DNA of 47,010 bases from the sequence record DRR378314_2323; one strand, written 5' to 3'. The notes below the pieces were generated by a model that did not search any database, had not been told where the DNA came from, and worked only from the letters and a program-made list of their open reading frames with translations. Positions within the stretch are counted from its first letter, which is position 1. Each line of letters opens with the position of its first letter. A program made the translations under genes and the position numbers. Shown here one piece after another: positions 1-9,590 of this stretch.

Positions 1-51
1 GGGCTCCGCCATCCATGGCTCCGCACAGTTCTGGTAATCAGCTCCCTCTTC
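1..51 (-). repeat. Partial structured intergenic repeat (REP/MITE-like), truncated by the window edge
   Basis: Minus strand reads GAAGAGGGAGCTGATTACCAGAACTGTGCGGAGCCATGGATGGCGGAGCCC. It contains hairpin GCC-ATGGAT-GGC (8-19), the same type of internal hairpin as the element at 46834-46942. The partner arm would lie outside the window. Confidence 0.6.
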
Positions 52-101
52 GTTCTGGCGGACGTTTTTAAAAGCCCGCCTTTGAGAGGTCTCGTCGTTC
101 C

Positions 102-1100
102 TTACCTGGAATGGTCGAGAACAATCTTCCCGGATGACTCCCCTTTCAGAAACGCCTTCAAGGCCCCATCCAGTTCACCACGACCGATGTCGCGCGCAGA
201 CGCCTCTGTTTTCCTGCACGCCCAGTCACCGGCAAATTTGTCCCAGACTGACTGCTTGTCGGACAAGGGGATTTCAACCGAATCCACGCCCAGCAGGTTG
301 TTACCCCGGAGGATAAACGGCAGCACAGTGGTTTCCAGTTGTGGCCCGGCGACCAGACCGCAGCAGGAGACGGAGCCGCCTGGGTGGATCTGCTTCAGCA
401 ATTCCGCCAGTGGGCCACCGCCAACGGTATCCACGGCGTTGGCATAGGCGGGTTTCAGCATTGGCTTCTTTTCGGCTGCCAGAGCTTCGCGCCCCAGCAC
501 TTCCGTGGCACCAAGGTTTTTGAGTACGTCGGCATGGTCTTGTTTGCCACTGATGGCCACGACTTCGAATCCGAGGCTCGCAAGCAGCTCAACCGCTACG
601 CTGCCGACAGCACCGCTGGCGCCGCTGACGGCGACTTTGCCCTGTTCTGGGCGGGCACCCATGGTCAGCAGCTTCTGTACGCACAAGCCTGCCGTGAGGC
701 CGGCTGTGCCGTAGATCATGGCGGTGCGGGCGTTCCAGCCCTTGGGTAATGCCACGCACCATTCGGCTGGCACCCGAATGTATTCGCCGAAGCCACCGTC
801 CGTGTTCATGCCCAGATCGTAGCCGGTGATCAGCACCTGGTCGCCGGCGGAGAAGGCGCCGGAGGAGGCTTCCACGACTTCCCCAGCGGCATCGATACCC
901 GGAGTGTGGGGGAAATTACGAGTAACCCCTTTATTACCGGAGGCGGACAAGGCGTCCTTGTAGTTCAGGGACGAATGACTGACTTTGACAAGGACGTCAT
1001 TTTCAGGCAGATCCGAGACGTGGAGCGTCTGCTCGGAACCCGCGTATTCGCCGTCCTGCTCCTGAACACGCCACGCCTTGAACTCGGTATCGTTTGTCAT
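102..1100 (-). CDS. YhdH/YhfP-family NADPH quinone oxidoreductase (AcuI-like, zinc-free MDR family)
   Basis: Motifs SSLNYKDAL, PGIDAAG, GTAGLTA, GASGAVGS, VLPFILRG and GVDSV. Start moved to ATG 1100 (MTNDTEF) because the longer ORF overlaps sohB. Confidence 0.9.
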   Translation of the reverse strand: MTNDTEFKAWRVQEQDGEYAGSEQTLHVSDLPENDVLVKVSHSSLNYKDALSASGNKGVTRNFPHTPGIDAAGEVVEASSGAFSAGDQVLITGYDLGMNTDGGFGEYIRVPAEWCVALPKGWNARTAMIYGTAGLTAGLCVQKLLTMGARPEQGKVAVSGASGAVGSVAVELLASLGFEVVAISGKQDHADVLKNLGATEVLGREALAAEKKPMLKPAYANAVDTVGGGPLAELLKQIHPGGSVSCCGLVAGPQLETTVLPFILRGNNLLGVDSVEIPLSDKQSVWDKFAGDWACRKTEASARDIGRGELDGALKAFLKGESSGKIVLDHSR

Positions 1101-1125
1101 GACTCTCATCCCATTGCTGTTGGCT

Positions 1126-2190
1126 TTACTGGATTTTCTGGTTGCGGAACGCACCCAGTACCCGCCATACCGTATGCTCCATCGCCGCGCTGGTCGCGAG
1201 GCCAAGCTTCTCCGGTAAGGTGCGTTTGCGTTGGAAACCTACTGAGATTACGTCGGCCCTGTCACAAGCTTCAATGAGAAATTCGTCGGAGGTTTTGATC
1301 TCGTCCACCAGTTTGACCTCCAGGGCACGCCGACCAAACCAGATATCCCCGTTCGCGACGGCAGTGATATCAAGCTCGGGGCGGCGCTCGCCCACGTATT
1401 CTTTGAACAGTACATGGGTATCCTCAAGGTCTTCGAGGAACTTGGTTCTGCCTTTATCGGTGTTTTCGCCAAATATGGTCATGGTGCGCTTGTGCTCACC
1501 GGCGGTCAGCACCTCAAAGTCGACGTCGTTCTTCTTCAGGAACCGATGGAAGTTGGGCAGTTGGGCAACCACGCCAATGGACCCGACAATCGCAAATGGC
1601 GACGCCACAATCCGATCGGCGACACACGCCATCATGTAACCGCCACTGGCGGCTACCTTATCGACGCAGGCCGTCAACCGAATGCCTTTGGCGCGAATAC
1701 GGTCCAGCTGGGCAGCCGCCAATCCGTAGGAATGAACCAGGCCACCGCCACTTTCAAGACGTATCACCACTTCGTCTGTTTCAGGCTCCGCGACGCTGAG
1801 CACCGCCGTGATTGAGCGGCGCAGGGAATCCGTATCGCTGGCCTTGATGTCACCGTCAAAGTCCAGCACGTAAACCTTGGGCTTGGGTTTGTCTTCGGAG
1901 TCCCCTGCTTTGCGTTTGGCTTTCTCCGCCTTCTGCTTGGCCTTGTCTTCCTTTTTGCGGGCCTTTTCGAACGCCTTGCGCTCCGAATCGCTGCGCAGTT
2001 TGGCCTGAAGTGACTCCCTCAGTTTGCGATATTTCTCATTGAGCTTGCGAACCCGCAGCTCACCGTCACTCCCCTGATCGTCCCTGTCCTTGTGGGCAGC
2101 GGACAAAATCACCGAAACGATGACCAGAAGCGCCACGACAAGGGTGACCGTTTTCGCAATAAACAAACCGAACTCTGTCAGAAATTCCAA
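1126..2190 (-). CDS. sohB: S49-family inner-membrane protease SohB
   Basis: N-terminal TM helix, Lys-rich linker, LESGGGLVHSYGLAA, DKVAASGGYMMAC, GSIGVVAQLPN. TTG start with GGAG RBS. Confidence 0.95.
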   Translation of the reverse strand: MEFLTEFGLFIAKTVTLVVALLVIVSVILSAAHKDRDDQGSDGELRVRKLNEKYRKLRESLQAKLRSDSERKAFEKARKKEDKAKQKAEKAKRKAGDSEDKPKPKVYVLDFDGDIKASDTDSLRRSITAVLSVAEPETDEVVIRLESGGGLVHSYGLAAAQLDRIRAKGIRLTACVDKVAASGGYMMACVADRIVASPFAIVGSIGVVAQLPNFHRFLKKNDVDFEVLTAGEHKRTMTIFGENTDKGRTKFLEDLEDTHVLFKEYVGERRPELDITAVANGDIWFGRRALEVKLVDEIKTSDEFLIEACDRADVISVGFQRKRTLPEKLGLATSAAMEHTVWRVLGAFRNQKIQ

Positions 2191-2222
2191 GTTGCTTCTC
2201 CAGGATTATTCTTGAGCGCTCG

Positions 2223-2250
2223 ATTGTAACCGAGGTGCCCTGAGGTACAA
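2223..2250 (-). promoter_or_regulatory. Putative sigma70 promoter for sohB-yhdH
   Basis: Minus strand TTGTAC (2250-2245)-N16-TACAAT (2228-2223). Confidence 0.5.
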
Positions 2251-2270
2251 GCCATAGAACCAATAACAAA

Positions 2271-2288
2271 TTAAAACAAGCGTTCGAT
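2271..2288. promoter_or_regulatory. PsrA-like (TetR) operator
   Basis: TTAAAACAAGCGTTCGAT resembles the CAAAC-N4-GTTTG PsrA box. It lies between two divergent -35 elements, upstream of a lipid-carrier gene. Confidence 0.5.
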
Positions 2289-2293
2289 CGAGC

Positions 2294-2322
2294 TTGACAC
2301 CGCTAATATGTCACCCTAAAGT
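2294..2322 (+). promoter_or_regulatory. sigma70 promoter for the SCP2 gene
   Basis: TTGACA (2294-2299)-N17-TAAAGT (2317-2322). Confidence 0.7.
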
Positions 2323-2421
2323 CGAATGGCTACGTCGGCTCACCCGGGCTTCCATGCAGGCGAAAGGCCAGGAACCAGAAGCCGTCAATACGCCACGACA
2401 ACCATCAATAAGGGTAAAATA

Positions 2422-2736
2422 ATGTCTGTAGCTCAGATATTCGAAAAACTCGAACAGAATTTTAACGCGGACGCAGCCGAAGGCCTGGATCTGGTATTCC
2501 AGTTCGACATCGAGGACGACAAGACCTATCACCTCGTCATCAAGGACGGCACCTGCAAGATGGCTGAAGGCGCTCACGACGATCCTTCCGTCACCCTGAT
2601 CATGAACTCCGAAACCCTGCAGGGCATCGTATCCGGCGAAACCGACGGCATGCAGGCCTTTATGGCCGGACAGCTGCGCGCTGAGGGCGACATGATGCTC
2701 GCAACCAAGCTGGGCGAACTGTTCAATATGGGCTAA
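2422..2736 (+). CDS. SCP2 sterol/lipid-binding domain protein
   Basis: 104 aa with FQFDI...DGMQAFMAGQLRAEGDMMLATKL, typical of SCP2. AAGGG RBS before ATG 2422. Confidence 0.92.
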   Translation: MSVAQIFEKLEQNFNADAAEGLDLVFQFDIEDDKTYHLVIKDGTCKMAEGAHDDPSVTLIMNSETLQGIVSGETDGMQAFMAGQLRAEGDMMLATKLGELFNMG

Positions 2737-2773
2737 AAGCTCTATGGGCTGATGGCCCTCTGTGCCCGCCCAC

Positions 2774-2805
2774 AAAAAAACCCTGCATCACGGCAGGGTT
2801 TTTTT
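2774..2805. terminator. Bidirectional intrinsic terminator between SCP2 and fimL
   Basis: A7-CCCTGC-ATCACG-GCAGGG-T7 between convergent genes. Confidence 0.92.
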
Positions 2806-2820
2806 GGCGTTTGACTCGGA

Positions 2821-4527
2821 CTAAAGACCCACGTCCTCCAATGAGGATTCGGCCAGTTTCAGCAGGTCCGCATTGCGGTCTTCCCGGCGACCGACGCTCT
2901 CAATGTAGTACTCCAGCGATGTCAGTGCGTCCGCCAATGCTTCCAGTACCTGCGCAGGGGGCGCTTCGTTGGCGTCCAGTAGACGCTCCTGGATAGACGC
3001 GGCCACACGCTCCAGAACAGACGCCGCACCGGGATCGTCCAGCATGTGCAGACCACCCCAGATACTGTGGAGCGTACCTGGCAGGTTAGCGAGGTGGAGC
3101 TTGTCGTAATCGGACTCGATGAATGCCGTTATCGCCCGTTTTGCGAGTGTGAGCGCACTCTTTGCTTCGTCTGCGACCACGTAGGTGGCCTCCTGCAGAT
3201 AAAGCGATTCCTCTCGGGTACGCTGCCCACCCGCAAGCGCATCGGTTTCTGACGTAATGCCACGAACCACGATTTGCATCACCGCATCTTCGATACCCAG
3301 CACGGAGTCCGCCAGCTTATAAAGCTCATCGTCCGCGGGAAGGCGACTTTCTTCCTCCCAGGTACGCAATTTCGCAGCCTCACCGCGGGCCATGGTGCCA
3401 AGCTGGTTCAGGTCGAGCATGATCAGTGTATTGGCCAGTCGCTCGAGCGCGTCCGCGATGGAGGACAACTCGGCCAGGTCTGGCTCGATACCACGCTCAA
3501 CTATGTCCAGTTTGTCCTTGAGCTGGTTCAGCTCGTCCTGCAGCGCCGTCGATAGCGACTTCAGAACGTCTGTGCCCGGGCCGTAAAGACGACGGGCATG
3601 GGCATCAAGCATGGAGTCGGGGAATTCCGCGGGCGCCAGTCGGTACGCAGACAGCACGGAGGTTACTTCGGGATTGGCAGACCCACTTCGATAGAGAAGG
3701 TACACCAGATCACGTATCAGCGAGTCCGGTGCATCTTTCGCCGTTGCCACCTTGCCAACATAGACGACTTCCCGGGAGTATTTCTCAATGCGCATGAACA
3801 TGCGCTTCCGGGCCTTGCTGAAACCCATGACACGATCAAGCATGGTGTCGGCCACGATAGCAACCAGGCACCACATCTGCCCCATGGGCTGACCCTGACA
3901 AAGGCGTGCGAAGCCACGTGCCGCGCGGCCAAACAGTTTCTTACTGACCACCTCGTTCTTTTCGCGGAGCACACCCAGCAGAGCTACCTGGAAGGTCAGC
4001 CGCATACGACGGGCCAAAATCTCGTAGTCCGCCTCATTCCCCTCGAATGACTGAACGGACAACCCCGAGCAAAAGTCCGGTCGTTCTTTGACGTCCACGT
4101 CAAAGAAACACGATTCCGGATAGGGTTTTTCCTTTCGGGCTTCGCGAAGATCGTTGATCACCGGCAACAGCAACTCGGGATGATCCGCTCGCTGTTGATG
4201 ATAGTATTCAACGTAACGTCGTAGGATAAACAGTGCGCTGTTGAGTGTGGTCAGAAGGATGTTTTTGTCGTCGTTGGCACCAACAGGAACATCGTTGGCC
4301 ATGCTGACGGCTTCCTGACACAGAAGAGTGCCGGCGCGCAGCTCGACCAGAATGAAAATACCGCGAAGCTGGTTCAGAAAATCCACACAATTTTGCAGAT
4401 CCTCGCCACTTTCACGGTTTTCCTGAAAGCGTTCAAGGCTGGACTCTGCCTGTCTGATGGTCTGCTCAATCTCACTTTTGACCAGATCAAATGACTGTGA
4501 TTTCGTCGCCAGAGACGATTGAACCAT
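2821..4527 (-). CDS. fimL: FimL-like scaffold protein (resembles the ChpA N-terminal region; type IV pilus/Pil-Chp system)
   Basis: 568 aa, predominantly helical-looking. Begins SFDLVKSEIEQTI, with LNQLRGIF, PELLLPVINDLR and LADALTSLEYYIE. Location near dnaQ matches Pseudomonas fimL. Confidence 0.8.
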   Translation of the reverse strand: MVQSSLATKSQSFDLVKSEIEQTIRQAESSLERFQENRESGEDLQNCVDFLNQLRGIFILVELRAGTLLCQEAVSMANDVPVGANDDKNILLTTLNSALFILRRYVEYYHQQRADHPELLLPVINDLREARKEKPYPESCFFDVDVKERPDFCSGLSVQSFEGNEADYEILARRMRLTFQVALLGVLREKNEVVSKKLFGRAARGFARLCQGQPMGQMWCLVAIVADTMLDRVMGFSKARKRMFMRIEKYSREVVYVGKVATAKDAPDSLIRDLVYLLYRSGSANPEVTSVLSAYRLAPAEFPDSMLDAHARRLYGPGTDVLKSLSTALQDELNQLKDKLDIVERGIEPDLAELSSIADALERLANTLIMLDLNQLGTMARGEAAKLRTWEEESRLPADDELYKLADSVLGIEDAVMQIVVRGITSETDALAGGQRTREESLYLQEATYVVADEAKSALTLAKRAITAFIESDYDKLHLANLPGTLHSIWGGLHMLDDPGAASVLERVAASIQERLLDANEAPPAQVLEALADALTSLEYYIESVGRREDRNADLLKLAESSLEDVGL

Positions 4528-4635
4528 AAACGCTTCCTGTAAATTATGCGGAAACTACCGCGTCCTGTTCTTGGAATGTGATCTTGTCGGTTGATTGAAG
4601 AATCACTTTATGAGCCAGATCTACCCTTCCCGGCT

Positions 4636-4667
4636 AAAAACAAAAGTTCGCGAAAACTCGCGAACTT
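4636..4667 (-). terminator. Intrinsic terminator downstream of dnaQ
   Basis: 10-bp stem AAGTTCGCGA-AAAC-TCGCGAACTT, followed on the minus strand by TTGTTTTT. Confidence 0.7.
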
Positions 4668-4761
4668 ATCATTACTTATAACACAAAACTCAAGTAGCTC
4701 AAGAAAGCGAGAATGTAACAAAACGTACAGTGTGACACGATGTGAACCGCCAACCGGTTAC

Positions 4762-5487
4762 TCAGGTCTGTCCGACTGATTCGTCACCCGCCAGCTTGTC
4801 CCAGACCGTTCCTCCGGCCTGCTTTGCCAACAAAGCCATGAACTCGTCGTGAGCTGAGCGCTCATCGTCGCTGGCCCGAACGACTGGCAACGGATTCCGA
4901 TCGTTGGCGAGACGCCGAATACCCCCTTCCCCGCCAGCTTCATCACCGCCCGCATCCAGGGAGAGCGCCGTCTGACCACCCGTGAGCAGAAGGTAGACGT
5001 CCGCAAGGATTTCCGCATCCAACAGGGCCCCGTGGAGCTCACGATTGCTGTTGTCGATTCCGTAGCGCTTGCACAGAGCGTCCAGATTGTTCTTTTGCCC
5101 AGGGTGCTTCTTGCGGGCAATGGCGAGTGAATCCACCACGCCACAATGCTCAGTCGTGCGGCGAACCGGTTTTAAGCGAGAAAACTCGGAGTCCATGAAC
5201 CCGATATCGAACGCGGCGTTATGAATGACCAGTTCGGCCCCTTTTATGAATTCGAAGAACTCATCGGCGATGGCGGCGAACTTGGGCTTGTCCGCCAGAA
5301 ATTCATTGGTTATGCCGTGAACCGTGATGGCTTCGGCTTCCACTTCCCGTTCGGGGTTGATGTAAACATGGTAGTGACGGCCGGTAATCTGACGCTCCAT
5401 CAGCTCAACGCAGCCAATCTCGATAATTCGATGACCTTCCGCCGGGTCGATACCGGTGGTTTCCGTATCCAGTACAATCTGTCTCAT
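4762..5487 (-). CDS. dnaQ: DNA polymerase III epsilon subunit
   Basis: ExoI LDTETTG, ExoII HNAAFD, ExoIII HGALLDA. Confidence 0.98.
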   Translation of the reverse strand: MRQIVLDTETTGIDPAEGHRIIEIGCVELMERQITGRHYHVYINPEREVEAEAITVHGITNEFLADKPKFAAIADEFFEFIKGAELVIHNAAFDIGFMDSEFSRLKPVRRTTEHCGVVDSLAIARKKHPGQKNNLDALCKRYGIDNSNRELHGALLDAEILADVYLLLTGGQTALSLDAGGDEAGGEGGIRRLANDRNPLPVVRASDDERSAHDEFMALLAKQAGGTVWDKLAGDESVGQT

Positions 5488-5526
5488 GGTTGCTCTGATT
5501 CGCTACTCTGTTGGTTACCAGTCGTT

Positions 5527-5970
5527 TCAGGCGTTTGCCAGTTCTTCCACGCCACGGTTGGCGAGCTCGTCTGCAAGCTCGTTGTCGGGATTGCCCGAGT
5601 GACCCTTGACCCAGTGCCAGTTAATCTTGTGACGCGCGACTTCGTTGTCCAGCTCACGCCAGAGATCTTCATTCTTGACGGGCTTTCTGGCCGAGGTTTT
5701 CCAGCCATTTCGCTTCCAGCCCGCCATCCACTCGGTTATTCCCTTGCGGACGTACTGGGAGTCGGTATAGAGCTCAACGTTGCAGGCTCGCCGGAGGGCT
5801 TTCAGGCCCTGTATCGCGGCCATCAACTCCATGCGGTTATTGGTGGTATTCGCCTCCCCGCCGTGCAACATCTTGTTGGCATCGCCATACCTGAGAACAA
5901 CCCCCCAGCCGCCGGGGCCAGGATTGCCTTTGCAGGCCCCATCGGTATAGAGAACAACCTTTCCGGCCAT
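5527..5970 (-). CDS. rnhA: Ribonuclease HI
   Basis: [44 protein letters not shown]. Start ATG 5970 overlaps the upstream stop (TGATG). Confidence 0.98.
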   Translation of the reverse strand: MAGKVVLYTDGACKGNPGPGGWGVVLRYGDANKMLHGGEANTTNNRMELMAAIQGLKALRRACNVELYTDSQYVRKGITEWMAGWKRNGWKTSARKPVKNEDLWRELDNEVARHKINWHWVKGHSGNPDNELADELANRGVEELANA

Positions 5971-6812
5971 CAGTACTCCTCGACATGCTTCTGTGTTATT
6001 ACGGCGCTCTGGCCACTTCCGCCGTGCACCGGGTAGCCCCGAGATGCACCCACTGCGCCCCTCCCAGGCAGGGCAATGACTTTCTGTCCCTGCCACGTTG
6101 GCCGTCGTTGCAACCGGGAATAAACGCGCTTTTTGGCAAGGATACAGTAATACGCACCGACGGGCAGGAAGCGGTTGCCGCACAACCGTTCCATAATCCC
6201 CCTGCGCTCCGCCAGAACCGCCCGCTGAAGCGGAACCTGAAAGAACGAGGAATCCGCCGACTCCACTGAAAAATCCAGCAATCGAAGCCAATCCTCCATG
6301 CGCCCCTTCATCAGGAACCGCCCACCCCAGGGGCCTTCGCGGTGCCGTGAAACCAGTTTCCGCGCGCCCCAAAGGCTGAACGGATTGAACCCGATCAGAA
6401 CCATCATGCCCTCGCCGCGAAGCACCCGGGACGCCTCACGCAGAGCCTGGTGGGGATGAGGAGAAAAATCCGCCGTATGATGAAGGATGACCAGGTCCAT
6501 GGAATCGCCGGGAAACGGCAACTCATCCGCATCACAGACCGCCACACCGTCTGGGATGGACGACTGCCAGTTTGGCGTGGTCAGCACGCGCTGGGCAAAA
6601 TCGGAACCACTGGACAACGGCAAGCGATGGCTGACCGCTACTTGCAACTGTCTCGCGCCAGAAAGAGCACGGACATGACGCTCGACGCAGGCACGTTGAT
6701 CGGCCAACAGCGCCCGACCCAGTGGTGTCTGGAACCAGCTCTCGAAGCTGTCATGTCGGGCAGAATAGTCAACCTCACCTGCTGGGCTCATTGCTGCGTT
6801 CCCCTGGCTCAT
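5970..6812 (-). CDS. Class I SAM-dependent methyltransferase-like protein (YafS type)
   Basis: [43 protein letters not shown]. Conserved position between gloB and rnhA. Start is 6812 or 6791. Confidence 0.85.
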   Translation of the reverse strand: MSQGNAAMSPAGEVDYSARHDSFESWFQTPLGRALLADQRACVERHVRALSGARQLQVAVSHRLPLSSGSDFAQRVLTTPNWQSSIPDGVAVCDADELPFPGDSMDLVILHHTADFSPHPHQALREASRVLRGEGMMVLIGFNPFSLWGARKLVSRHREGPWGGRFLMKGRMEDWLRLLDFSVESADSSFFQVPLQRAVLAERRGIMERLCGNRFLPVGAYYCILAKKRVYSRLQRRPTWQGQKVIALPGRGAVGASRGYPVHGGSGQSAVITQKHVEEY

Positions 6813-6884
6813 TTCTCCGGCTTGGGACACCGGGATTAATACACTATGATAACAGTCACATTCGTATCGCACATGTGGGAGCCT

Positions 6885-7679
6885 ATGCTGACCATTAACG
6901 CTATTCCAGCCTTCAATGACAACTACATCTGGTGCCTGTCCAACAGCGAGGACCGCAAGGCCTTGATAGTGGACCCGGGACAGGCAGAACCCGTCATTGA
7001 ATTCCTGGCAGACAATGGGCTGGAACTGGATACCATCCTGGTAACCCACCACCACCCTGATCACGTCGGCGGTGTCAGCAAACTCGCTGGAACAGTGTCC
7101 AACTGCCGGATCACCGGCCCGGCGGACTCCCCCTTCAAAGGCGCCACCAACGAAGTTCATCCCGGTGACGAGGTTATCTGGCAGAACCTCACATTCAATG
7201 TGCTTGGCGTTCCCGGCCACACCCTTGACCATATAGCCTATTACACCGATACCCGAGTGAACGACCGTCCCGTACTGTTTTGTGGTGACACGCTGTTTGT
7301 GTGCGGTTGTGGGCGTCTGTTCGAAGGATCTCCGGCGCAAATGAAACAGTCACTGGAAACCCTTCGGGGCCTGCCGGACGAAGCGGCCGTTTACTGCGCT
7401 CACGAATACACCCTGGCCAACCTGAAATTCGCCCGTCACTGGTTGCCGGATGACGGGCCGCTCAGAGAGTTCGAGGCCCGCTGCCAGAAACGGCGCGACG
7501 ATGGCTTGCCGACAGTTCCATCCATTCTTGGCGAGGAAAAACAGTTGAACCCTTTCCTGCGCTGGGATGACAAGGCGGTTGTTGCCGCCGCACAGCGGCA
7601 CGCCCAGGGCGCGGGCCTGACGGTCGAATCGGATAACGATGTCTTTGCAGCAACCAGGCATGGCAAGGATACGTTCTAG
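6885..7679 (+). CDS. gloB: Hydroxyacylglutathione hydrolase (glyoxalase II)
   Basis: [50 protein letters not shown] before ATG 6885. Confidence 0.97.
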   Translation: MLTINAIPAFNDNYIWCLSNSEDRKALIVDPGQAEPVIEFLADNGLELDTILVTHHHPDHVGGVSKLAGTVSNCRITGPADSPFKGATNEVHPGDEVIWQNLTFNVLGVPGHTLDHIAYYTDTRVNDRPVLFCGDTLFVCGCGRLFEGSPAQMKQSLETLRGLPDEAAVYCAHEYTLANLKFARHWLPDDGPLREFEARCQKRRDDGLPTVPSILGEEKQLNPFLRWDDKAVVAAAQRHAQGAGLTVESDNDVFAATRHGKDTF

Positions 7680-7722
7680 GGGATGGGTAACAATTTCTAT
7701 CAATGACGTAACGCGAGTCTTG

Positions 7723-7752
7723 TTGACCCCCTGAAAAGCGTTCCAATAGAAT
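7723..7752 (+). promoter_or_regulatory. Putative sigma70 promoter for mltD
   Basis: TTGACC (7723-7728)-N18-TAGAAT (7747-7752). Confidence 0.55.
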
Positions 7753-7839
7753 CCGTGTAACTTTTGTGCCATAACTCATTCAATGTGCCGGGTTTTTAGA
7801 CAGATCAGCCCGCCCCGACCAGCCACCGGAAGTAGTAAT

Positions 7840-9564
7840 ATGACGGCCACGCGATTTTCCACTCTGTTTCTCCTTGGCGCACTCGCCAGTGGCTGCAGCG
7901 CTCTTGATCCTTTTCCGGGCGCCCCTTCAAATGACGTACTGGCTTCTGAAAAGCTGACCGTGGCCGCCGGAGACGATGAGCTGAAAGAAGCCATCGAGTC
8001 ATCGTCTGCGGACGAACCCACCGACCGGGTACCCCGGACCAAGCTCGACGACGCCATTGACCCCACGCTCAAGGAAACCGCAGAGAATGCGAGGGAGAAG
8101 CTGGATGCGCCAGATCAGCAGATTGCTGAAGAGAACGACGCCACCCCAGACCTCTGGCATCGCTTGAGGGCTGGGTTCGAGCTCGATCACGATGCCAGCG
8201 AGCCCAGGGTCCAGGCGCAACTGAACTGGTACAAAAAGCACCCACGCTATATTGATCGCGTCGTAGATCGCGGCAGCCGCTATCTCCACTACATTGTGAC
8301 AGAAACCGAAAAGCGGGGACTCCCCACGGAACTGGCGCTTCTACCCATCGTGGAAAGCGCGTTTGACCCGTTCGCATACTCCCATGGCCGCGCCGCCGGC
8401 CTCTGGCAGTTCATCCCGTCGACTGGTAAATATTTTGGCCTGACCCAGAGTTGGTGGCACGATGACCGCCGCGACATTATTGCTGCCACTGACGCTGCGC
8501 TGACTTACCTGGACCGCCTGGCGACTCGGTTCGATGGCGACTACATGCTGGCACTGGCCGCGTACAACAGCGGCGGCGGCACGGTTTCCAGTGCCATGCG
8601 CCGCAACCGTAACCGTAACGAGCCGACTGACTATTGGTCCCTGGACCTGCCACGGGAAACCCGGCACTACGTTCCCAAACTGATCGCCCTGGCGAGGATT
8701 CTTGATGACCCAGAGGCCTATGGCATTGAACTGCCGCCGCTTGATGATGAGCCGTACTTTGAGATAGTAGAGACCGGGTCGCAGCTCGACCTGGCCCAGG
8801 CCGCTCAGTTGGCAGGGGTCGATATTGATGAGATTTACCTTCTGAACCCGTCCTACAACCGCTGGGCAACCACGCCAGATGGCCCCCACCGCCTGCTGGT
8901 CCCCCGCGACCACGCAGAAACCTTCGCCGCGGCGCTTGAAAAGATTGATCCTGCTCAACGTGTCTCCTGGCGCAATTACAAGGTGAAATCCGGGGATACA
9001 CTGAGCACCATTGCCAAGCGCTATTCCACCACCTCTTCAGTCATTCAGCAGGTCAACAATCTCAATAGCCACATCATCCGTATTGGCCAGCGGTTAATGA
9101 TCCCCTCCGCGGCCAAAGAAGCAGACACCTACGCCCTGAGTGCCAGCGAACGACTCGCCCGAAAACAGGAACGCAGTGGCAAGAACACCGATGGCACGAG
9201 GGTCGAATACACCGTTCGTTCAGGCGACACCTTCTGGGATATTGCCCGCGAGCATCGGGTATCCGTCCGGCAACTGGCGTCCTGGAACGGAATGGCGCCC
9301 GGTGATCCGCTAATGCCTGGTAAAGAGCTGGTCCTATGGTCGCAGTCCACGCAACCAGCCATGCTGGCCAGCACAAATCGTGGCAAGGGCATGGTCCGCA
9401 AGGTCGGCTATCAGGTTCGTAAGGGGGATTCGCTTTCCACCATCGCCAACCGGTTTGCGGTTAATGTGAGAGACATCGCAAGCTGGAATGACCTCAACAC
9501 CTCCCGTTATCTTCAGCCCGGGCAAAGTCTGGTACTCTATGTCGACATAAGAAACAGCCCCTGA
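7840..9564 (+). CDS. mltD: Membrane-bound lytic murein transglycosylase D (lipoprotein, SLT + 3 LysM)
   Basis: Lipobox ...LASGC, SLT motifs IVESAF, AAGLWQF and AYNSG, three LysM repeats (YKVKSGDTL, YTVRSGDTF, YQVRKGDSL). Start ATG 7840. Confidence 0.95.
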   Translation: MTATRFSTLFLLGALASGCSALDPFPGAPSNDVLASEKLTVAAGDDELKEAIESSSADEPTDRVPRTKLDDAIDPTLKETAENAREKLDAPDQQIAEENDATPDLWHRLRAGFELDHDASEPRVQAQLNWYKKHPRYIDRVVDRGSRYLHYIVTETEKRGLPTELALLPIVESAFDPFAYSHGRAAGLWQFIPSTGKYFGLTQSWWHDDRRDIIAATDAALTYLDRLATRFDGDYMLALAAYNSGGGTVSSAMRRNRNRNEPTDYWSLDLPRETRHYVPKLIALARILDDPEAYGIELPPLDDEPYFEIVETGSQLDLAQAAQLAGVDIDEIYLLNPSYNRWATTPDGPHRLLVPRDHAETFAAALEKIDPAQRVSWRNYKVKSGDTLSTIAKRYSTTSSVIQQVNNLNSHIIRIGQRLMIPSAAKEADTYALSASERLARKQERSGKNTDGTRVEYTVRSGDTFWDIAREHRVSVRQLASWNGMAPGDPLMPGKELVLWSQSTQPAMLASTNRGKGMVRKVGYQVRKGDSLSTIANRFAVNVRDIASWNDLNTSRYLQPGQSLVLYVDIRNSP

Positions 9565-9590
9565 GCCTGAACCGGAAACGTGCGAGATCT

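Noticed and set aside
5971..6372. Apparent N-terminal extension of RNase HI
   Set aside because: It lies in another frame inside the methyltransferase gene. The real start is ATG 5970 with a GAGGAG RBS.
6813..7340. Apparent 176-aa N-terminal extension of the methyltransferase ORF
   Set aside because: It overlaps gloB on the opposite strand. The recognisable domain starts near 6812/6791, so this is not a fusion.
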